Positions 21,693-30,707 of a DNA stretch of 64,000 nucleotides are shown here, one piece after another; position 1 is the first letter of the stretch, and each line of letters starts with the position of its first letter. The notes under the pieces were generated by a model, which was given only the letters and a program-made list of their open reading frames with translations, was not told where the DNA came from and made no database searches. Location: positions 6,049 through 70,048 of the forward strand of contig CAJXRZ010000027.1 of assembly GCA_913060515.1 (NCBI GenBank), written 5' to 3'. This stretch comes from an uncultured Pseudomonadota bacterium (GTDB lineage Bacteria; Myxococcota_A; UBA796; CAJQPC01). The position numbers and the translations under genes are program-made.

Positions 21693-21722
21693 CAGCCCGA
21701 CCCCCGCAAAGGGACCGGGCTG
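21693..21722 (-). terminator. hairpin downstream of the RTX gene
   Basis: minus-strand CAGCCCGGUCCC...GGGGUCGGGCUG stem (with G-U pairs) followed by UUCUGCGUUU. Confidence 0.6.
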
Positions 21723-21743
21723 CTCTCTCTCACTCTCTTGAAA

Positions 21744-24700
21744 CTACTCCTTGGCGCCTACGTTTTGGGGAGGCTCGGCCATCGCGTCACAGACGCTCTC
21801 GACAGGCATTGGGGCGCAGCTTCCAAAGCTGGGGGCTGCGTGGGTCGCGGCCCAGCCACTGGGCCAGTCGTCCCAGGTGCGGCTGGGGTCGCTTCCCGTT
21901 CCGCGCCGCAGCTTGTCCCTCTGGCTGTCGCCGTCGCCGTACATGCTGTCGTCCCCTGAGTTGCCCCAGTGGCGGTCCTTGTGATCATCGTTGGTGGCGG
22001 TCCCGTCCACTTCTCCGCTCATGAAGTCATCGCCCTTCTGACCGAAGGAGAAGTCCTTTCCGCGAGAGATCTGCATGTCGTCGTTGTCCTTGCCACCGAA
22101 GGCGAAGGCCCGGCTTGGAGAGTCACTCAGCGAGGTGCCGCCCGATGCCGTGAGCACATCCGCTCCCTCGCCGCCCAGGAGCACCGCGAAGGCGCCGTTC
22201 GCGGAGACCTGGAGCACGTCGTCGTCCGAGCCACCGATGAGCACACCGGCGGTGGTGCCGGTCTGGCTCATGATGTCCTCGCCGTCGCCACCCAGGGCCA
22301 CCAAGGTGGTCTGGATGTCATCGTCTCCGCCCTGGCCAAGGCCTGCGCCCATGCTCAGAGCCAAGTCCTCTCCATCTCCACCCAGGGAGACATCAAAGCC
22401 TGCATCGCCCGACATGCAGTCCGCATCGTCACCGGCGAAGAAGACATCCAGGGTGTCCTGGCCGTGCATCGTGTCCACGCCCTTGCCGCCGAAGATGAGG
22501 TCCAGATTGGCGCCACCTTCGATCTCGTCGTCGCCGTCACCGCCCACCAGGATGCCGATTCCGTCGTCGCCGTAGATGGCGTCCGAGTCCGCGTTCCCCA
22601 GCAGGATGTCCAAGCCGGCGCCACCAACGATCTGATCCTCACCGCTGGAGCCGAAGGCCAGGTCCACGCCCTCCTCGCCCCAGATGCAGTCGGCGCCGGC
22701 GTTGCCCATGAGCAGGTCGATGGCCCCGTCACCGCCGAAGATCACGTCATCTCCGTCGCTGGCGAAGGCGATGTCGATGCCGTCCTCGCCGTCCATCCAG
22801 TCGTCGGCGCCGTTGCCCAAGAGCACGTCCATGCCGTCGCCGCCGATGACGATGTCCACCTCGGGACCGCCGATGAGCAGGTCCACTGCGCCTGCGTTGC
22901 CCTCGACCCGGTCCCGGCCCGTGCCACCGATGGCCAGGTCAATGCCCTCGCCCCCGGCCAGGCTGTCGTTGTCGCTGCCGCCGATGAGCAGGTCCAAGCC
23001 GTCGTTTCCGTTCACAAAGTCCTGGCCGCTGCCACCAATGACAATGTCAAAGCCCTCGCCGCCGCTCACGTTGTCGTCGCCGCTGCCGCCGATGACAAGG
23101 TCCAGGGCGCCCGGTCCTCCATTCACCACGTCGTCGCCGGAGTTGCCCAGGACCAAGTCGATGCCTTCGCTGCCGTTGACTTGGTCATCGCCCTTGCCGC
23201 CGAAGACAAAATCCAGGTTCTCGCCGCCGTCCAGGACGTCGTCTCCCCGACCACCAAAGACCAGGTCCAAGCCGGCACCTGCGTTGATGATGTCGTTGTG
23301 CTTGGAGCCGAACATCAAATCGAAGCGAGAAGAGCCGGTCAGGGTGTCGTCTCCCTGGCCCCCGAAGTGGAAGCTGCCGATGTTCCAGTCCACAGCGTCG
23401 ATCTCGATGGCCCCTGGCAGCAGGTTGACCATCGTGTCATCGCCCCACTGGCCGAAGAGGAAGTCGATGCCGGCGCCGCCGTCAATCTGGTCGTTTCCAG
23501 CGGTGGCCGCGCTGAGCCCGTCGCCGAAGATGATGTCGGTGTAGCCGGTGTCCGCGGTGTCCGTGTCGTCGTAGGCAGGGTCCGAGCCGCTGATGATGTC
23601 GTTCCCGCGGCCGCCGAAGATGATGCTGCCCAAGTCCAGCTCAATGTCGATGTTGTAGACGGGGATGGTGAAGGTGTACGAGGCGCCTTCACCAGCAAAG
23701 ATCAGGTCATCGCCGCTGCCGCCCAAGATGAGTTCGTGTTGGTCTCCGCCGTGCAGCTCGTCGTTGCCTGGCCCGCCCATGATCAGCTCGTGTCCCTTCC
23801 GTCCATTGATGCAGTCGTTGCCCTTGCCGCCCCACATGACCTCAAAGCCGTTCTCGTTGTCTCCACCGCGAATCACGTCATCGAAGGGCGTGCCGACGAT
23901 GATGCCCACGCCGGCCAGCTCAAGATCGAAGACCGGGGTCACTGCATCGCAGGCGCCCAGGCTGCTGTCGTCTTTGGCGCTGGGGCTGGAAGAGGACGCG
24001 GTGGTGGCGCCGCCGCCTGACTCGGCGAACATGTCCGAGCCGACCACCCCTTGAATCAGGACATCGGCCGCGTCCGCTGGAGCGTGCCAGCCCACCACAC
24101 CCCAAGCCACGCCATTGTCTCCGTCCATTCCAGGGGCATAGGCGGCCTCCGCGTCGATCTGGAATCCCTCTGCGAGGCCGTCTCCGATCTGGGCGTCCGC
24201 CTCCGCGTTGTCGGCCATGTCCATGTAGGGGGTCTCGGAGGCCTCGGTGGGATCGACCGTGGGCTCGGCGCCGATGGCTTCTTCGATGCAGTCCTCGAGC
24301 AGGGCCATGTTGAGCTCCTGCTCCTCCAAGTAGGACTCAAAGGCCAGCTCGGTGGCGTAGACGCGGTCGTCGACCATCTGCCCGGATTCGTCGCGGCCGT
24401 CGTAGTCGTCTCCTTCCTTGTCCGGGAAGTACTTGTCGGCCACAGCCTCGATGTCGTCGGCGATGAGCTCCAGCTCGTCCACACAGTCCTCGATGGCGGC
24501 TTGAAGGACAGCGGGGTCCGGCGCGGCAGCTTCCAGGGCGGCGGTCTCGGAGGAGGCCAAGGAAGAGTCCGCCAGAGCCTGAGGCTCAATCAAGCCCATC
24601 TCACTCTCGATGTCCACAGCCCAGCTGGCCATGCCCGAGGTCCCACTCTCTGCGGCATCCAGGTCGCTGCTGTCGGTGAGCACCACCACGCCGTCCTGCA

Positions 24701-25250
24701 TCAGGGACTGGGAGCCAGTGACCTGGTCGTGGGCCAGGGTGACCAGCGCTTCGGCCTGCAGTCCCTGGTCCAGCTGCCAGTTGGCCCGGATGGTGTTGCT
24801 GGCGGCGGTGACATCGTCGTGCTTGTCGACCATCGCCGAGGTGTTCGCGCTGGCCCGCAGATCCTCGAAGGCGTCCTCGTCGGTGTCCAAGTAGGAGAAG
24901 GGCGCGTCATCCTGCATCGAGCCCTGCATCTTCACGGTGTAGTCGGGGGCGCTCACGTAGCTGGGGGTGGTCACATAGATGCCCTTGGCGTCGTCGGCGG
25001 TCACGGTGACCTGGGCACCCAAGCCTGCGGTGACAGCGAAGCTGCCGCTGGAGTCGATGCTGCCGTCGCTGGGGTCAATGATCCAGTAGTCAAAGGTCCC
25101 GGCCTGCACATCGGCGGCCAGAATCAGGCCTGGGTCGACGGTCAGGTTGTGGGTGCTGCCAGTGGGTACCGGGCAGGCGGTCAGCAGTGGAAGGCCCAAG
25201 AGGCCCAAACCAAAGAGCAGGGGGGAGCGGAATTTTCGGCTGCGTGCCAT
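21744..25250 (-). CDS. large lipoprotein with RTX/hemolysin-type Ca-binding repeats
   Basis: GGAGG before ATG 25250; signal MARSRKFRSPLLFGLGLLGLPLLTAC; dozens of GGxGxD nonapeptide repeats. Confidence 0.88.
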   Translation of the reverse strand: MARSRKFRSPLLFGLGLLGLPLLTACPVPTGSTHNLTVDPGLILAADVQAGTFDYWIIDPSDGSIDSSGSFAVTAGLGAQVTVTADDAKGIYVTTPSYVSAPDYTVKMQGSMQDDAPFSYLDTDEDAFEDLRASANTSAMVDKHDDVTAASNTIRANWQLDQGLQAEALVTLAHDQVTGSQSLMQDGVVVLTDSSDLDAAESGTSGMASWAVDIESEMGLIEPQALADSSLASSETAALEAAAPDPAVLQAAIEDCVDELELIADDIEAVADKYFPDKEGDDYDGRDESGQMVDDRVYATELAFESYLEEQELNMALLEDCIEEAIGAEPTVDPTEASETPYMDMADNAEADAQIGDGLAEGFQIDAEAAYAPGMDGDNGVAWGVVGWHAPADAADVLIQGVVGSDMFAESGGGATTASSSSPSAKDDSSLGACDAVTPVFDLELAGVGIIVGTPFDDVIRGGDNENGFEVMWGGKGNDCINGRKGHELIMGGPGNDELHGGDQHELILGGSGDDLIFAGEGASYTFTIPVYNIDIELDLGSIIFGGRGNDIISGSDPAYDDTDTADTGYTDIIFGDGLSAATAGNDQIDGGAGIDFLFGQWGDDTMVNLLPGAIEIDAVDWNIGSFHFGGQGDDTLTGSSRFDLMFGSKHNDIINAGAGLDLVFGGRGDDVLDGGENLDFVFGGKGDDQVNGSEGIDLVLGNSGDDVVNGGPGALDLVIGGSGDDNVSGGEGFDIVIGGSGQDFVNGNDGLDLLIGGSDNDSLAGGEGIDLAIGGTGRDRVEGNAGAVDLLIGGPEVDIVIGGDGMDVLLGNGADDWMDGEDGIDIAFASDGDDVIFGGDGAIDLLMGNAGADCIWGEEGVDLAFGSSGEDQIVGGAGLDILLGNADSDAIYGDDGIGILVGGDGDDEIEGGANLDLIFGGKGVDTMHGQDTLDVFFAGDDADCMSGDAGFDVSLGGDGEDLALSMGAGLGQGGDDDIQTTLVALGGDGEDIMSQTGTTAGVLIGGSDDDVLQVSANGAFAVLLGGEGADVLTASGGTSLSDSPSRAFAFGGKDNDDMQISRGKDFSFGQKGDDFMSGEVDGTATNDDHKDRHWGNSGDDSMYGDGDSQRDKLRRGTGSDPSRTWDDWPSGWAATHAAPSFGSCAPMPVESVCDAMAEPPQNVGAKE

Positions 25251-25467
25251 GGTGTCCTCCAGGACGTTTTGTCTGGAATCAAGGTAGGCGGGCAGCCCCA
25301 GAACCGAATCCCCCCAAGACCTTACCGAGGACCTCCTTCGGCCCGAAAACACGAGACAGGCCAGCCCTTGGGAGCGAGCAGAAGACCGTGCCCACGCTCG
25401 TCACCCGAGGGTTGACAACCTCTGATTTCGGTGTTTGTATCCATGCAACCTCACCCTGGAGGGCGGC

Positions 25468-26658
25468 TTGTCTCCCCTCATCGCGCTCCTGCTTGCCTGT
25501 CAGGCGCCTGCGCCAGTAGACAGCGGCTCGCCACCCGATTCGCCTCCGATCAGCCCGACCGAGGACTGCTCGGACGGCGTGGACAACGACTCCAACCTCT
25601 TGGTGGACTGCCAAGACCCGGCCTGTCGCAACTTGGAGATCTGCGATGAGATCTGCGGCGGCGACGAAGACGTGGACGGAGACGGGGCCGCCGGCTGTCT
25701 GGACACGGAGTGCCGCTACGACCCAGCCTGCCAAGAGGACTGCTACGACGGCCAAGACAACGATCTGGACGGCTTGATCGATTGCTTGGACGATGACTGC
25801 AAGGACGCCGACTGCGATGAGATCTGCGATGACGGGATCGACAACGACTGGGACGGCCTCCGGGACTGCTGGGACCCCGACTGTTTGCCCAGCACCGACT
25901 GCCGGGAGATCTGCGATGGCGGCGTGGATGAAGACGACGACGGCCTGGTCGACTGCGAGGACGCTGACTGCTTTGGCAGCACCGCGTGCACTGAACTGTG
26001 CGACTCAGAGACAGATGAGGACCTGGACGGCTTTGTGGACTGCGCCGACGAGGACTGCTGGGGCCTGGCACCCTGCGAGGCCGAAAAGGAGGTCACTCTC
26101 CTACAGGCCACCATCGACCGCCGCCAGGGCGATGTCTACAGCGGCCATCCCAGCTTCTACACCTCCTACCTGAGCTTCGAGGGCACACTACGCCAGGTCA
26201 GTGGCATGGTGCGCTACCCCACGGACCCCGCCCAGGCCCTGTCCACAGCGACGGCCTTCAAGAGCTGCAGCTTTCAGCTGGATACCTGGAACACCAGCGC
26301 ACGCTTCCGGAAAGTCAGCTCTGAGATCTCCCACAATCCTCTGGATGTTCACGGACTGGTCGTGGACTCAGACTGCCCGGAGCTCAGCGCAGACAACTTC
26401 TTGCCGGATGCATGGAATCAGGGGCCGAGCGCCAAGGGCTGGAGCCAAGGCTTGGCAGGTACCCAGATCGCCAGGAACAGCGAAGACGGCGTGATCTTCG
26501 AGCCCTGGTTCAGTGGCTCGGCGGTCTACGATCAGAGCAGCTCCACCTTCAGCAACTCGATGAGCTCCTTCTATCGACACGGCAAGAGCAGCTGGTTCTC
26601 GGGCAGCGTGGTGGGGGTTGCGCCCTTTGTGTGGGTGCCCAGGGACAGCCGCTTTTAG
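25468..26658 (+). CDS. Cys/Asp-repeat (ExCxDGxDNDxDGLxDCxDxDC) lipoprotein with C-terminal head domain, copy 1
   Basis: GGAGGG then TTG 25468 giving MSPLIALLLAC; about 6 repeats; head of about 190 aa. Confidence 0.78.
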   Translation: MSPLIALLLACQAPAPVDSGSPPDSPPISPTEDCSDGVDNDSNLLVDCQDPACRNLEICDEICGGDEDVDGDGAAGCLDTECRYDPACQEDCYDGQDNDLDGLIDCLDDDCKDADCDEICDDGIDNDWDGLRDCWDPDCLPSTDCREICDGGVDEDDDGLVDCEDADCFGSTACTELCDSETDEDLDGFVDCADEDCWGLAPCEAEKEVTLLQATIDRRQGDVYSGHPSFYTSYLSFEGTLRQVSGMVRYPTDPAQALSTATAFKSCSFQLDTWNTSARFRKVSSEISHNPLDVHGLVVDSDCPELSADNFLPDAWNQGPSAKGWSQGLAGTQIARNSEDGVIFEPWFSGSAVYDQSSSTFSNSMSSFYRHGKSSWFSGSVVGVAPFVWVPRDSRF

Positions 26659-26665
26659 ACGGCCA

Positions 26666-26774
26666 CCGGTCCCTCACTCCATCGGGGTCTCATCTCTCCA
26701 GCGCCGGGACATCGCCACCTCGGCTTGGTAGGCGACGACCTCTTGCACTGGCGATGATGATCAGCCCGTCTTTG
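26666..26774 (-). pseudogene. internally deleted remnant of the glpD 3' end
   Basis: 26674-26748 matches 28282-28356 (67/75 nt; VQEVVAYQAEVAMSRRWRDETPME* vs VQEVIAYQAEVAMSRRWRDEIPVE*); 26750-26774 matches 28855-28879 (23/25 nt; KDGLIIIA vs KDGLITIA). Confidence 0.88.
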
Positions 26775-26849
26775 AGGACGCTGTAACCTTGTGGTTGACG
26801 GGCCAAGGCTTGGGCCTCACTCTATGGAAGACTCGCCGAGGTGAATTGA

Positions 26850-28271
26850 ATGCTCTTGACCCTCCTGCTCATCGCTGCGTGCACCAAAGCCGTGGACCCC
26901 ACCGACAGCGCTGACACAGAAGCCGCTGCCGAGGACTGCACAGATGGCCTAGACAACGACGGCGACGCTCTGGTGGACTGCTCGGATCCAGACTGTGCGG
27001 CCACCTGCTTGGAGGAGTGCGATGGCCTGGACGGAGACCAAGACGGTCTGTTCGACTGCGATGACCCCGACTGCTACGGCTCTGCCTGTGCGGAGATCTG
27101 CACGGACGGCGTGGACAACGACGGCGACGGCCTGTTGGACTGCGAGGACGCGGACTGCTTGGCCGAGTGCGCCGAACAGGACTGCACAGATGGCCTAGAC
27201 AACGACGCCGACGGCTTGATCGACTGCCGGGACAGCGACTGCTTCTCTGAAGACTGTGGGGAGGTCTGCGAAGACGGCTTGGACAACGACGTCGATGGGC
27301 TGCTCGATTGCTTGGACCCCGACTGCTTCTCCCCCGACTGCTCGGAGCTCTGCGAGGACGGCAACGACAACGACGCCGACGGCTTGATCGACTGCCTGGA
27401 CGCGGACTGCTTCTCCGAGGACTGCGCAGAGGACTGCACGGACGCGGCCGACAACGACGCGGACGGGCTGGCAGACTGCGCCGACCCAGACTGCTTCTCC
27501 GCAGCGTGCCCGGAGGATTGCTGGGACGGCCTGGACAATGACGACGATGGCTTGCTCGACTGCGAAGACGGGGACTGCAACTCGGAGTGCACGGAGAGCG
27601 CGTGCGGAGACCGCCTCGACAATGACCGCGACGGTCTGCTCGACTGCGAGGACGACGACTGTCTGAGCAGCGAGAGCTGCCTGCCCGAGAAGGAGGTGTG
27701 GATCACCAGCGGCAACATGTACCGGCACATGACCGGCCGCCTGGTGGTCCCCAGCTACCCCTCCACAAGCCAGAGCAGCGTCGCGACGATGACCAACATC
27801 TCTGGGCGCGTTCGCTATGCCGCGGGCTCCGGTCACCTATCGACCACTGGCTCCGTCGTGAGCTGTGACTTCCACATCAACACGTGGATCACCACCTGGA
27901 CCGCGGGCCGACGCTGGGGGTCCTACGGCTACATCAGCTTGGGCGGCTTGCAGACAAGCGGGCTGAGTGTGGAGTCTCCCTGCACCGGCCTGCCAGGCAG
28001 CGAGTTCCTGCCCGACTACGACCGAAGCGGTCTGAGCGCCTCTCAGACTCGGTGGGGCCTGTTCCGAAACAAGCTCGTTTACTCGGCGAGCTACGGATCC
28101 GGTGCCTATCTGTTGGGCACACCCTGGTTCACCGGCTCAGAGATCATCTCGAGCAACAGGACCAAGTTTTGGGACACCAGCTACCTGGTCAGCTCGACCT
28201 GGAACCGGATCTACTCCGGGGAGGTGTCCGGGCTAAACTCCTTCACCTGGGAGCCGCCTCTGTCCCCGTGA
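26850..28271 (+). CDS. Cys/Asp-repeat lipoprotein with C-terminal head domain, copy 2
   Basis: [11 protein letters not shown]; about 9 repeats; head shares EKEV, SGxVRY, SCxF, FLPD, PWFxGS and FxWxP with copy 1. Confidence 0.82.
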   Translation: MLLTLLLIAACTKAVDPTDSADTEAAAEDCTDGLDNDGDALVDCSDPDCAATCLEECDGLDGDQDGLFDCDDPDCYGSACAEICTDGVDNDGDGLLDCEDADCLAECAEQDCTDGLDNDADGLIDCRDSDCFSEDCGEVCEDGLDNDVDGLLDCLDPDCFSPDCSELCEDGNDNDADGLIDCLDADCFSEDCAEDCTDAADNDADGLADCADPDCFSAACPEDCWDGLDNDDDGLLDCEDGDCNSECTESACGDRLDNDRDGLLDCEDDDCLSSESCLPEKEVWITSGNMYRHMTGRLVVPSYPSTSQSSVATMTNISGRVRYAAGSGHLSTTGSVVSCDFHINTWITTWTAGRRWGSYGYISLGGLQTSGLSVESPCTGLPGSEFLPDYDRSGLSASQTRWGLFRNKLVYSASYGSGAYLLGTPWFTGSEIISSNRTKFWDTSYLVSSTWNRIYSGEVSGLNSFTWEPPLSP

Positions 28272-28281
28272 ACCCGGCCCC

Positions 28282-29955
28282 CTACTCCACCGGGATCTCA
28301 TCTCTCCAGCGCCGGGACATCGCCACCTCGGCCTGGTAGGCAATGACCTCCTGCACCCGCCTGGCCTCGGTCCAGCCCAGCAGCTCCATCATGCGCGCGG
28401 CCACCTTCTCTACCGCGCCCAGGCCCTGATCTCGGTCGCGGAAGAAGAGCTGCGTACGCCGCTCCATCACATCGGTGACGGTCTCGGCCAGCTCTTGTGT
28501 CACAGCCCAGTCCACCAAGGCCAAGATCTCAGGTCGGCTGTCGACAAGCGGCTCCAGCATGCGCTGGTCAGTCACCGCCATCGCTGCGATGTCCACGCCG
28601 CGGGTGCCGTAGCGCTCAGCCATAAACAGGCAGGTCTTCTCGGGCAGCTTGCCCTGTGCCGCTTGGCTCACCAGCTCGGCGACGGCTTCCGCGTTGTCGT
28701 CTTCCGGCCACCCCACACCACCGGGAAGAGGCTCACGACCGGTGCGTGGGTCTTCCAGAGGCCGGTCCGCAAAGCCTTGGGTCATCTTGATCATGTCCAT
28801 GGCCTTGGAGACCACCTCGCCGCCCATGCGCCGGTAGGTGGTCAGCTTGCCGCCGGCGATGGTGATGAGCCCGTCTTTGGAGATGTGGATCTCATGCTCG
28901 CGAGAGACGCTGGACTCGCTGGCCCCTTCCTGGCTGATCAAGGGCCGCAACCCTGCCCAAGTCGAGGTCACGTCTTCCCTCTGCAAGGCCGCCTTGGGGA
29001 AGTAGGAGTTGGCCGCATCGATCAGGTAGTCGATGTCTGCCAGATCCGCGCAGACCTCGGCAGGGTCCCCCTCGTAGTAGGTGTCGGTCGTGCCGATGTA
29101 GGTCTCGGTGCCCCACGGAATGGCGAAGAGCACGCGCTTGTCCACCGGGTGGTTGATGACCACGGCGTACTTGATGGGCAGGCGGTCCCCAGGGACCACG
29201 ATGTGTACGCCCTTGGTGGGCGCCAGCAGCTTGCCGTGCTCGTCCGCCATCGCGCGCAGCTTGTCGGTCCACGGCCCGGTGGCGTTGATCACGGCGGTGG
29301 CCTTGATCTCCACTTCGCCCAGGCCATCGGGGAGCTGGTCCCGCACCCGAACGCCGTAGACCCGGCCATTGTCGTTGTGCATCAGCCCAGTGACCTTGGC
29401 GTGGGTCAGAATCACCGCGCCGGCCTGCTTGGCGTCCAGCACCGTCTCCAGGGTCAGGCGCGCATCGTCCGTCGCGCAGTCCCAGTACAAGGGAACACCC
29501 TTGAGTCCCTTGGGGCTGAGCAGGGGCTCGATCTCCACCGCTTGCTTGGGCGAGTAGGACTCGTGCAGCTTGGGGGAGCGGAACATGCTCAAGCCGTCAT
29601 AGAGCCACAACCCAGCACGCAGAGTGTTCACCCCGACGCGGCTGTGGTCGAAGATCGGGAACATGAATCCCAAGGGATTGACCAGGTGCGGCGCGATGTC
29701 TTGAAGGGTCTTTCGCTCGGAGACCGCCTCGAAGACCAGAGAGAACTCGTACTGCTCCAGGTAGCGCAAGCCACCGTGCACAAGCTTGGAGGAGCGGGAG
29801 CTGGTTCCACTGGCGATGTCATCGGCCTCGACCAGCGCCACACGCAGTCCACGACGAGCGGCATCCCGCGCCGCGCCGGCACCCGTGATTCCGCCGCCCA
29901 CGACCACAATGTCGAACTGGGTCTGGCTGGCCGTCTCAAAAACCTCTTGGCGCAT
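28282..29955 (-). CDS. glpD: FAD-dependent glycerol-3-phosphate dehydrogenase
   Basis: GGGITG, SGTSSRSSKLVHGGLRYL, DDARL, KGVH, WAGLRPL, GGKLTTYR. Confidence 0.93.
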   Translation of the reverse strand: MRQEVFETASQTQFDIVVVGGGITGAGAARDAARRGLRVALVEADDIASGTSSRSSKLVHGGLRYLEQYEFSLVFEAVSERKTLQDIAPHLVNPLGFMFPIFDHSRVGVNTLRAGLWLYDGLSMFRSPKLHESYSPKQAVEIEPLLSPKGLKGVPLYWDCATDDARLTLETVLDAKQAGAVILTHAKVTGLMHNDNGRVYGVRVRDQLPDGLGEVEIKATAVINATGPWTDKLRAMADEHGKLLAPTKGVHIVVPGDRLPIKYAVVINHPVDKRVLFAIPWGTETYIGTTDTYYEGDPAEVCADLADIDYLIDAANSYFPKAALQREDVTSTWAGLRPLISQEGASESSVSREHEIHISKDGLITIAGGKLTTYRRMGGEVVSKAMDMIKMTQGFADRPLEDPRTGREPLPGGVGWPEDDNAEAVAELVSQAAQGKLPEKTCLFMAERYGTRGVDIAAMAVTDQRMLEPLVDSRPEILALVDWAVTQELAETVTDVMERRTQLFFRDRDQGLGAVEKVAARMMELLGWTEARRVQEVIAYQAEVAMSRRWRDEIPVE

Positions 29956-30054
29956 CGGGCACTCCACTCGCTTCTCGCTCGCTTAACCACCTGCATCACC
30001 CTCCGAGAGTGGCACTGGCGTGTTAGTCAAAGGCAGCGAGAAGGAGGTCCTCCA

Positions 30055-30687
30055 ATGCCCTGGCTCCGTTCCGACACCAGCGACTTTGCCGCCACCGCCC
30101 AAGCCGCCCCTGGCTGGTACTGGGTGCTGCGCCCCCGACAGGTGGGCCCACGCGCCTACGATGCCCGCGACGGCGTGCTCTGCTTGGTCTTGGTGCAAGC
30201 GGATGGGAGCCTGCTCTCTCCCCTTGCAGACCTCCGCGAGCTCTCTGAGCACGACCTGAGCTGCCTGGACGACGACTCCGGCGCGCGCTTCCCCACTTGG
30301 TTCTCCGGCCCCGTCTCCCCCGGCGAGGTGGTCGGTACCGTGACCGCCAGCCCCACCGGCTCCATGTTGGTGGACGGCACCGCGCCCGCCACACCCGGAT
30401 GGCACTGGTGTCGCACAAACGATGCAGCGCCTCTGCTCTTGGTCGATGGCCAGGGAATCGGCCCCATCTACTTGGCCGAAGACGAGCAGAAGAACATCCA
30501 GGTCTACCTGGCACAGACCGTCAGTGGTCAGGCCATCGACGTGGGCGAGTTCGGATTCGCTGAGCCTCTGGTCAGCACCGGCGGCGTGATCGACGCGGGC
30601 GGCACCTTGGGACGAGACACCGGCTACTTCCACGGCCAACTGCAGGTCCCTGCCGGCTTGCCCGACACCCTGGGTCCCCGAGGATAG
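30055..30687 (+). CDS. hypothetical protein with two PGW(Y/H)W...(W/Y)FxG units
   Basis: strong AAGGAGG before ATG 30055; upstream part of the ORF-track entry is antisense glpD. Confidence 0.72.
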   Translation: MPWLRSDTSDFAATAQAAPGWYWVLRPRQVGPRAYDARDGVLCLVLVQADGSLLSPLADLRELSEHDLSCLDDDSGARFPTWFSGPVSPGEVVGTVTASPTGSMLVDGTAPATPGWHWCRTNDAAPLLLVDGQGIGPIYLAEDEQKNIQVYLAQTVSGQAIDVGEFGFAEPLVSTGGVIDAGGTLGRDTGYFHGQLQVPAGLPDTLGPRG

Positions 30688-30707
30688 AGGGCCCGCAGAG
30701 AGGCTCC

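Noticed and set aside
25251-25467. Riboswitch or ncRNA in the RTX/Cys-repeat divergent spacer
   Set aside because: No recognisable aptamer motif; only a TTGACA within a short GGTTG-A-CAACC palindrome, too weak to call.
25560-27680. Regularly spaced repeats as a CRISPR array
   Set aside because: The repeats are degenerate, in-frame coding units with synonymous variation, and no cas genes are present.
26674-28356. glpD repeat pair as a diversity-generating retroelement TR/VR
   Set aside because: Mismatches are not adenine-specific (they include C/T and G/A in both directions), no reverse transcriptase is present, and the target is a housekeeping C-terminus.
26666-28356. glpD repeat as attL/attR of an integrative element
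   Set aside because: No integrase or transposase lies between or near the repeats, and the copy includes a second internal glpD fragment, which fits a deleted longer duplicate better.
28495-30054. First 520 aa of the 730-aa plus-strand ORF
   Set aside because: Antisense to glpD; the real gene starts at 30055 behind AAGGAGG.
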